Assembly (NCBI RefSeq): GCF_000143415.4
Contig: NW_003314382.1
Span: 432,438 to 459,265 of the forward strand
Length of the DNA: 26,828 nt
Direction: 5' to 3'
Source of the DNA: Selaginella moellendorffii
Taxonomy: Eukaryota; Plantae; Lycopodiophyta
Notes under the pieces: generated by a model
Told to the model about the DNA's origin: nothing
The model's input: the letters and a program-made list of their open reading frames with translations, nothing else
The model's database searches: none
Shown here: piece after piece, positions 1-8,161 of the stretch
Layout of the letters: the number at the start of each line of letters is the position of its first letter
How positions within the stretch are numbered: the stretch's first letter is position 1
Translations under genes and position numbers: made by a program

Positions 1-3000
1 GCATGGTCATTATTAGATCCCGCAGTTTCTCCCGTGTGATTAATGTGAATCTGTCTCTTTTGACCAACTTGCGACCGCAGGCTTTGGAGGGTGCAGTGAC
101 ATTCGAGGACGAGCCACGCTCATGGGAGAAAAGGACACCGTTCAGATCAAAAACGATACAGTACTTTCGCCGTGACTCTGAAATGAAATGCGTCAGCATA
201 AAAAATGGTACAAGTCAATTTTACCATCTACAATATTAGCGAATGGTGCTCCCGATGGTCGTTCAGAGGGTTTTGGTCGAGGAAACGTGAAGGGCGGAAA
301 TACTCTCCTCTGCAATGTGGGGTCAATCGCATCCGATGGCGTGTGGGCACATGCCATTTCAGCTGTAGACTCTGGTACAACTGGCTCAACAGTGGCATGG
401 GGTGGTTCCGATGGCGTGTGATCACACGCCATTTCAGCTGGTGCCTCCGTTGGCAAAGTGGACATGACCGAACAGGCAGCAGGGGCGGTGTAGGGAGGTT
501 CCAACGGCGCGTAGTCAGACGATTGGGCACACGTTGGAAATGAGGATACGACCGGCTCGGCGGTTGGGGCGGCCTCATGCGGGTCCAATGGCGCCTGGTC
601 ACCGTCAGTTGGATACGTGGACAAGATTGACTCAGTGGTATGGGCAGCATCAAGTGGAGCGTGGTCAGCTTGCTTGGCGTTGATATGGATAGTAGCCTCC
701 ACCAGCTCTGATGACTCTTGCAGGCAAGTAGAGTCCACTGGCGGATCCATATGCATGTCCAAATATCTCCCTTTGATTGAGATGGTATCCTCCCGTGCTA
801 CTAAAAACAAACTCATTAGCACATTGAATCGACTATACTGTATTTACCATCAACTGCTATTGAGGAACTAGGACCGATATCACTTGGGCGCACTGCTGAT
901 TCTGAAGGATTGGACATACGTTTCGACCCTTGCTTGGCACTATCCTTCCTCGACACTAAAGGCTAGAGTTTGTATCTTAATTCAACTGAATAATCTCTAC
1001 TTACCATTTCTTCTGCGACCTACATGGACAATGTTAGAAATGGTAAAAGGTTAGGAATGGATGTACTATTATTTACCTGATGGTTTGTCTTGTATGACCT
1101 TCCTCCGCTGCTCTTTGGCCACCTCAAGCTGGCCATCATCGTCATCATCGTCATCGTCGTTATTGTGATCGTCACCATTGTGAGGACCATCCAAGTCCTC
1201 TTCGTCCTCCTCTTCTTCGTCCTCCTCTTCTTCGTCCTCCTCTTCGTCCTTCTGCTCTTCCTGCTCATTATCTTTCTCTGGCTCCTCATCCCCCTCTTGC
1301 ATTTCTTCCATAGGCTGCTCAGGCTGGATTGCTTGTTTTTCCAGGACCATCTTGGAAAAATCATCTGGCCGAGTCTCCATCTCAAAATACAAGACATCCA
1401 TAGCCTGTTTTAGTGCGTGACCTAGGACCGTATCCTCACCCGACTGTCTTAACATGGTTTCTGCACGTTCTTGCACCCTTCGAAGACGACGAGATGAGAA
1501 AAACGTGGCCCTGACTTGAAAAGCATCCCTCATCCATTGTACCTCTCCATTGAGATTGGGGAAGGGGAGTCCGCCATAGGAATCTGAGTCAGAAGGTGGT
1601 GACTGGCTCCTTTCACTCAGCCCTTGATCTGCAATGAATGGCATGAGCACACACGCCATAACCGCGAGGCATTACCTATCATCTTTTCGTTGCCCTTCTT
1701 CCTTTTCGAATCAAACGCCTCTGATCCCGACGACTGTCCAACGTGCTTTCGCTTTTTATGACCACTGTCAGTTTGAGCTTGGCTGGTGCTTGCCTGTTTT
1801 GCCTTTGAAGAAGTGTCTCCTGCAAGGAATGGCATGAGACCACACGCCATTGCAAATATAATTTGTACCTCCTTTTTTCCTATTGCTTGTCTGTTTGTCC
1901 TTCTTCGACGCGCCACCAGTGCGCTTTTCAGTCCTCGTGTCTGAATATTCACAACGATCTATAATCAAAATGGCGTGAGGCCTCACGTGACCTTACCTTG
2001 TGCAGGTTGTGACCTCGGCCTAACATCAGTAGCTGTTAACGCCGTTTCAGCATCTGGGGGTGGCCACGCTCCTGCATACAGAGCTTGTGAGATAACATTT
2101 AAACTTAAAGTGCGTACTCACCAGGTTCGTAGAGAAGATACTGTTTTTCTTTGGCAACTGTAATTATATGCTCCATTGAAGTCACCTCTTCAATGGAGTT
2201 TGTCACCGCAACACACGGGACACCCTTGAGTAGTGCGGCTCGAAAGAATAGTCCGCCGCAGTTGTACTCGACAACGCATTTGCCCTTGGAGTCACCCGCT
2301 ATTGCGTTGAAGACCCAGTTGAGCATTTCCCATGCTGCACCTGGAGCTTTCTTTGGATTCGAAAGCTCCATAGCCGTCTTCAGTTCCTCAGGCACGGGTA
2401 AATTGACCTCCCTCAGATCAATTCGATCGGCTTTGTTGAACGAAGCTGGGAAGTCACTCCAGTCCCACTCTGCTGCAGGACCAATAACAAGGGCGAGTGT
2501 GAAGATGCGGACATTCGTCGGTATCTTCTTCTTAGCCATTATCCCATGGATCTCCCGCATCTCCTTGCCTTTCAACCGAGCCTTCACCTCGTTCAAGGCC
2601 TTCCAGAACTTGTGATAGGATTCGGAGTCGTAGATCATATAGTGGACTGAAGATTCCACCTCCGCAAGTCCCACCATTAAGTCAATGATGGAGCTGACTT
2701 CGTCTGCATGAGTGATCTCCTCGTTTGTGAAGTCCATCACACAAAAGATGTTCTTGACCTGCTCATCTCCGCGGGAAACGATGCTCCTCCACCTTTGATC
2801 CTCATCCGAATTCACGTATACCCGGTAAGGTTCTTGATAGGCCTCTGCTGCGGGGTCGAGCTGTTTCTGAAGCCGGCGGTCGACATCCCTCTTAATGAAA
2901 TTTGGATACTGATCCAACTTCTCAGCTTTACTTTTCGTGGCATCCCGCAGCAGATCGATGAACTTGGGGGCCCCCTTCACGTACTCGTCGATGTCTTCAT

Positions 3001-4905
3001 TTGACAAGTCCAGCTCTTCCATCATCTCTTGCGTGGTGTCGATGCTCACCCTCGCCACGGCCACTTGCTCGAAGATCCAATCCTTCAATAGCGCACGAGC
3101 TCTCAGAGTCGTGCACAAGTCCTCGTATGTCACAATATGGCCGGGAGTCATTTTGGTCTTGTTGAAGACTACCTCACCAAGTAGAAGAGCATTAGCCACT
3201 GTCAGAAGGTCGTCGTCGTCTAGAGACCGCGAGAAACGCAAGGCGTTGAGCTTCAAATCATTGGGCTTCCGGCCGTCCTCCACACCCATTGAGTTTAGCA
3301 ACTCCCCGTCATGGTACCTCCTTAGCACATCTACCCATTTGTCAAAAACAACTTTTGTTGCGAGTAGAATGTTATGGATGCTGAGTGTGTCATTGACCCC
3401 CAGTGTTTTCGAGAGAAGACTCGAGAATTCCTGCAATGGAAATGGCGTGAGGCCACATGCTATGCCACATGCAACGAGGCTTACCTGCCAGGCGCTAGTT
3501 GCTAGTGCACGTCCTTGTCCTGGTTTTTGTGGCTTCTTCAGTTGAACCCAGAGCTTCCGTGTTCGTGCCAATGTCTCGTGCAGACCCGATTTGTAGCACG
3601 TTTCTTGCTTGACATTCTGCGCGTGGGAGATGTATATGATAGGTCGGAGGGGCGAGTTGCCTTTTATCAGGCGGACAACTCTTGTCTTGAAGACTTTCTT
3701 CACCTCCTCGCCCACCATAATATCCACAACTATCTGTTGCATCGCCAAGCTAGAATGCTGCCCGGAGACGGCATAGAACCGGATGTTCTGATCGTCCAAC
3801 ACCTTCCTATTGATCAAGTCTGGAAACCTCGTCTCGCCCTTCATTGTTCGGTAGTAGGGGATCACGTCTGCGATGTCGGGTGTTACTGGACTTGCCAGCA
3901 TCTTCTGCTTCAGTTTCTCCACCCACTCATCAGATACTAGCCTGTGGTTGTATTTGCTTTGGATCTCGATACGGCTCACGTCGATTGTATATACTTTGTT
4001 GGAATAGTAACAAGTACTATTATCTGCGACGATTTTTGCTGCCTCTTCTTGCTCTTTCTGCTCTTTGCGGCTCTTCTTTTTGGTGGGTGTAGTGTTCGAA
4101 CCCGAGGCAATGGCATCACCGAGTAGCTTCTTTTTTGGAGCAGCAGAGTCGGACGTCGGCTTGAGCTTGACCACCCTTTTCTGCTTCGGGGTAGTTTCCA
4201 GATCGACCCCCTTCCCCTTCGCTTCGCAAACTGGAGGCACTCTCAACGGCTCAATGTTGGAATATAGTTTTTGAACATCGCCGTAGGTGAGGTCCGTGGA
4301 TTCCATGTGATCTTCATAGACCCGCAGCGTCTTTGAAATTGTGGGCGTCCTGGACAACCTCTCCCTAGCTCCCTCTAGGAATTCCTCATAGCCGCTGCCC
4401 CCCTCCGGGAAGCCGCTAGGATGTGCAAGGTGGATCTTGAAGGCGGACGCTGTCTCTACCACAAGTGCCAGTCCATATTCTTGCATGGAACTGCATGGAG
4501 TGTCTGTCACTTGGATGAGGATCCCCATGCATTCTTTTCTCCCACCATCTGTGTTGTACAGCATCAGATCCTCGCCTTCCATCCCGAAAGTCCAACTGGT
4601 GAGCTCCTCCCCCTTCTCTGCATCCACATTGACAGTGGCTGGAAGAAGAACGCAATTCCTCGCCTGTTCAAAAATGCACAACAATTAGAGCTGACAGATG
4701 AAAAGCTAGCAGCTGGAAATAACGTGAGGCCACACGCCATTCACCACTGCATCAGATGTCTTGAGGCTGCATCCTAAGATGGCGTGAGGCTACACGCCAT
4801 CTGTAACCGGACTGCACTCGAGAGCCCAATCGGTGCATGTCAATGTTGCTACTGAATGGCATGTGGCCTCATGCCATTTTCTACTTGGTCTAAAAGACTT
4901 ACCAT
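1..4905 (-). CDS. Multi-exon gene, >1400 aa, 3' end off-window: ParB/Srx-like domain, degenerate N4C/N6A MTase-like domain, low-complexity/acidic linker, HAD (FCP1/NIF-like) domain
   Basis: Reconstructed exons (minus strand): 4903-4905 (ATG), 3485-4663, 2122-3430, 1997-2071, 1869-1940, 1676-1819, 1077-1628, 1005-1019, 848-955, 225-800, <1-177. All introns are GT-AG (239, 54, 50, 56, 49, 47, 57, 49, 47, 47 nt). The frame stays open throughout and links the provided ORFs 2105..4684, 1617..1952, 1069..1659 and 193..822. Motifs: NHRLVSDEWVEKL...FYAVSGQHSSLA...SHAQN (ParB-like); GKCVVEYNCGGLFFRAALLKGVPCVAV (MTase motif I-like); KYCIVFDLNGVL (HAD motif I). Confidence 0.75.
330..680 (-). repeat. Degenerate intragenic tandem repeats (about 66-93 bp) encoding Pro/Thr-rich peptide repeats
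   Basis: Peptide units DHAPLD / DQAPLD / DYAPLE / EMACDHTPSE / EMACAHTPSD. The last two are 75 bp apart and each contains the 22-bp palindrome. Confidence 0.75.
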
Positions 4906-5113
4906 TTGAAGCCGAATGGAGGCCGTGACAATCGAGGCCGGACTCGCTGGCGAATGTGCACTGTGTGTGCAGTGGATCGTAGCAGCAAGGCTACTCTGCC
5001 ACTTACAGTTGGAGAGTGGTGCTGAAATCTCCCGGGACGCCAAGTGGGCTGCGTGTGGGTGGTGGAGTGGGTGGCGGAGTTGGCGGCGAAGTTACAAACT
5101 GGGTGTGTCTTGA

Positions 5114-5341
5114 AGTGGACGCCGATGCACACGAGCGCGATGCGAGCGCGAGTGTGATGCAAGCGCGAGTGGACGCCGATGCACACGAGCGCGATGCGAG
5201 CGCGAGTGTGATGCAAGCGCGAGTGGACGCCGATGCACACGAGAAACCTGTAGAGAAGTGAGCGTGATCGCGAGTGGGAGCGCGATGCGAGCGGGAGCGC
5301 GAGTGTGATGCGAGCGCGAGCGCGAGTGTGCGAGCGCGAGT
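5114..5341. repeat. 54-bp tandem repeat (about 2.4 copies) followed by a GCGAGC-rich tract; likely 5' UTR region of the minus-strand gene
   Basis: AGTGGACGCCGATGCACACGAG... recurs at 5114, 5168 and 5222. Very CpG-rich. Confidence 0.85.
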
Positions 5342-5405
5342 ACAAAGCAAAATGCAAAACCTAACCTCACACGCGCGAAATGTCACAACGGTTGGTAATC
5401 CCGCC

Positions 5406-5538
5406 ACGTCATCATTCCTCGGACTTGGGCGCCACCATTAATTTCTGGATTGCCGCGCGCATGCAAGCACGCAAAATCCAAAAGAAATCCGCAACGTCAT
5501 CATTCCTCGGACTGCATGCACGCGAAATCCAAAAGAAA
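5406..5538. promoter_or_regulatory. Duplicated motifs upstream of the minus-strand gene (candidate promoter elements)
   Basis: ACGTCATCATTCCTCGGACT at 5406 and 5494 contains a TGACGT bZIP-type core on the minus strand. GCACGCRAAATCCAAAAGAAA occurs twice. Function is inferred from position only. Confidence 0.35.
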
Positions 5539-5686
5539 GATCATGATTGGGATATCATTTAATACCCTCGCTATATTTATACCATGCATGATTGGATATT
5601 CCAAAGCATCTTGTATTTCCAAAAATGGCAGATGTTCAGCTAAATAAAGAAATTCTATCTGTTTCTATTTTTCTCTCAAATCAATA

Positions 5687-7055
5687 TTATAGCGTGTGGG
5701 CTCATGCAATTTTGAACCAAAGAAACCCAAAAAACGTTGGACCCAAAATATTTTGAAAAAACCCAAAAAACCCTAAACATTTTAAACCCAAAAATCCAGG
5801 CGTCCTGTGGCGTTATTCCTTGAATGGCGTGTGGGCGCATGCCATTTTCAGGGCCAAATGCTGAATGGAGAAAAATTCCCTTTCAGTGCAAATGCTGCAA
5901 GAGGCAGATGCCGAGCACAAAGGACTGTAACTACCTCACATGACACAGATAAACTTTTCTCTATTTGGCAAAGATAAACTTTATAGCGTGTGGGCTTATG
6001 CAATTTTGAACCCAAAAAATGCACCAAAAAATTCTCGGCGTCATCTGGCATTATCTCTTGAATGGCGTGGGGCCGCATGCCATTTTCAGGGGCACATAGG
6101 AGTATATTCCTAGGATATTCTGACACGCGCGAGATTTTTTTGAGTTTTCTGGAGATCCAACCGTTAGATCGCAACTAGATTTTACAGAATGGTATACAAT
6201 GTCTTTCTTGATGACCCTGCAAAGAAGCATCTCAATCGGACACCACATGAGACCACACGAGCCTTACAATGTTTCAGGGGCATTTGCCATAGATCCGACC
6301 GTTATTTTGCTCCAAGATTTCACAGTTTGGTGTGCATTGACCTTTCCATCGAAACTGCAAAGGGACATCACAATCAGATGCGGGATCACAAGAAACTAAC
6401 TTCACTAACTCTGGTTTCACCAAGATCTACGTAAGGAGTTATGAAATGAAAGGACCCTCTCTATTGAAATGTGTTTATGGTCCTAGGGGCATTGTGACAT
6501 ATCAAAGGATTTTGCATCAAGTTCTGTATTTGCATGTTTATCAAGCTACTGAATTGCTAAACCCTAAACCCTAAACCCTAAACCCTAAACATGTGGCAAA
6601 TGCTGCGTGAAGAAAGATGCCCTTTCTGGGCAAATGCTGTAAGAGGCAGATGCCGAGCAGATGTATCTTAGGCTAGCGAAGGGGACGAACGAAAGCTAGC
6701 TATAAACATGACGGGATGCAAATAGATTACTAGGCTGGTCCTACGAAAATCAAAAACCATAATTGAAAACATTGAAAATGCAAAAAGAAAGGTTTATAAT
6801 ATTTTTGAATTTTAGGCAACCAAAGGAATGTAAGTAGGGCATGTGTTTGTAAGTTTAAAAATGCCTCAACCACTTAAATTCCCAAGTAAATAAAGCTGTT
6901 TCTATTTTTGGTACAGGTAAACTTTATAGCGTGTGGGCTCATGCAATTTTGAACCCAAAAATGCACCAAAAAATGCTCGACTAGCATTATTCTTTGAATG
7001 GCGTGTGGCCTTATGTCGAGCATTATTCTTTGAATGGCGTGTGGCCTTATATTGC
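5687..7055. repeat. Three copies of a two-palindrome module in the intergenic region
   Basis: TTATAGCGTGTGGGCTYATGCAATTTTGAACC-(A-rich)-TTGAATGGCGTG... at about 5687-5853, 5981-6093 and 6924-7020. The third is followed by a 36-bp tandem duplication. GCAAATGCTGYAAGAGGCAGATGCCGAGCA occurs at about 5889 and 6630. Confidence 0.85.
6557..6590 (+). repeat. Interstitial plant telomere-like repeat (CCCTAAA)4
   Basis: CTAAA CCCTAAA CCCTAAA CCCTAAA CCCTAAA C. Confidence 0.9.
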
Positions 7056-7481
7056 CATAAATGGACGTACACACACAGCGTAATTATTCCTTTACACGGC
7101 GAATAATCTTGGCGCGGATCGCTGACATGGCATGGCAAAGTTCGAATCACTGACATGGCACAGCTGGATCGAGGCAAGGACATGATGTGACAAAGTTCAA
7201 CCTCCGACAGCAAAGTCTAGAAGCTACTCAGTTTGAAATTTGTCAGAGGAATCATAAGATCTGGTTTGTCAGAGGATTTGATGTGACGTTCAAGCGTGTG
7301 TTATTTTTGAATTCTCGAACTCATTCCTAGGTCTATCATTTTTGTGCGCCGTGTTCTTGGTTCCGCTGAGCGCAGTGAGCGCTGCTTGTGTAAGCGGCGT
7401 TGTGGGCTGTGGTTTATGCGTCTACGAGCGGTTGCGGCATTGCGGCCATTGCGAGCGGCAGTTTATGCGAGTGGCAGTTTG

Positions 7482-7551
7482 TGCGAGCGGCGCTACGAGC
7501 AGTTGCGGCGTTGCGAGTGGCGCTACGAGTAGTTGCGATGTTGCGAGCGGC
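7482..7551. repeat. 30-bp CpG-rich tandem repeat (about 2.3 copies); likely 5' UTR of the transposase gene
   Basis: TGCGAGYGGCGCTACGAGYAGTTGCG.. at 7482, 7512 and 7542. Confidence 0.75.
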
Positions 7552-7781
7552 ACTGTCTTTGGTGTGGCTACCGCTTCCTCTTGATATTCGGCACTTGTGC
7601 TTCCTGGTATGTTCACCATGGAATGGCTTAGGACCACATTTAGAAATGGCATGAGGCCACATGCCATCTTGGGCCCTTGCAATTTCATGGCTAGCGTATT
7701 GTCATGTATGTTTTTACTTGCCTGCAGCTGTGTGTATATCAAGATGGCATGAGGCCTCCCTGCAGCTGTGTGTATACCAAA

Positions 7782-8009
7782 ATGGCATGAGGCCTCATGC
7801 CATCTTTGGCCCCTGCTAGCCTTTTGCCATATTCCTTATGCCTTGCTGCAATTGTATATATTTTTGTATGGGTGACTAGTCACGCACACAAAAATATATA
7901 CAGTTGCAGTAAGGCAAAAGGAATATAGCAACAGGCTAGCAGGGGCCAAAGATAGCGTGAGGCCTCATCCCATTAGTGGTACCACTAATGGCATGAGGGC
8001 TCATGCCAA
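7782..8009. repeat. Two overlapping spacerless inverted repeats (192 bp and 58 bp)
   Basis: 7782-7973 folds about GTGACT|AGTCAC (centre 7877/7878). 7952-8009 folds about GGT|ACC (centre 7980/7981). Both are capped by 22-bp palindromes. Confidence 0.92.
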
Positions 8010-8161
8010 TTTTGTGAATGCGAAATTTCACGTGGGTGTCAATAGCATGTTTGAATAATGGCATGTGGCCTCATGCTATTGAGGTTGTTTGGTATGTTAT
8101 GATTTAGGCCATTCTCCAATCATTTTTTGTATGGTCTTAACTTCTTTTCTGCACTTTCAGA

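Noticed and set aside
1090-1413. Hydrophobic membrane-protein-like ORF on the + strand
   Set aside because: It is the antisense shadow of the Asp/Glu-rich exon.
2105-4684. 859-aa ORF as a complete intronless gene
   Set aside because: It starts at a TTG inside a predicted intron, contains an in-frame 54-nt intron, and its stop lies just after a GTGAGT donor.
4899-5407. Several Arg/Ala/Ser-rich ORFs
   Set aside because: They arise from stop-free CpG-rich tandem repeats.
6557-6590. True chromosome end
   Set aside because: Only four units, embedded in continuous sequence.
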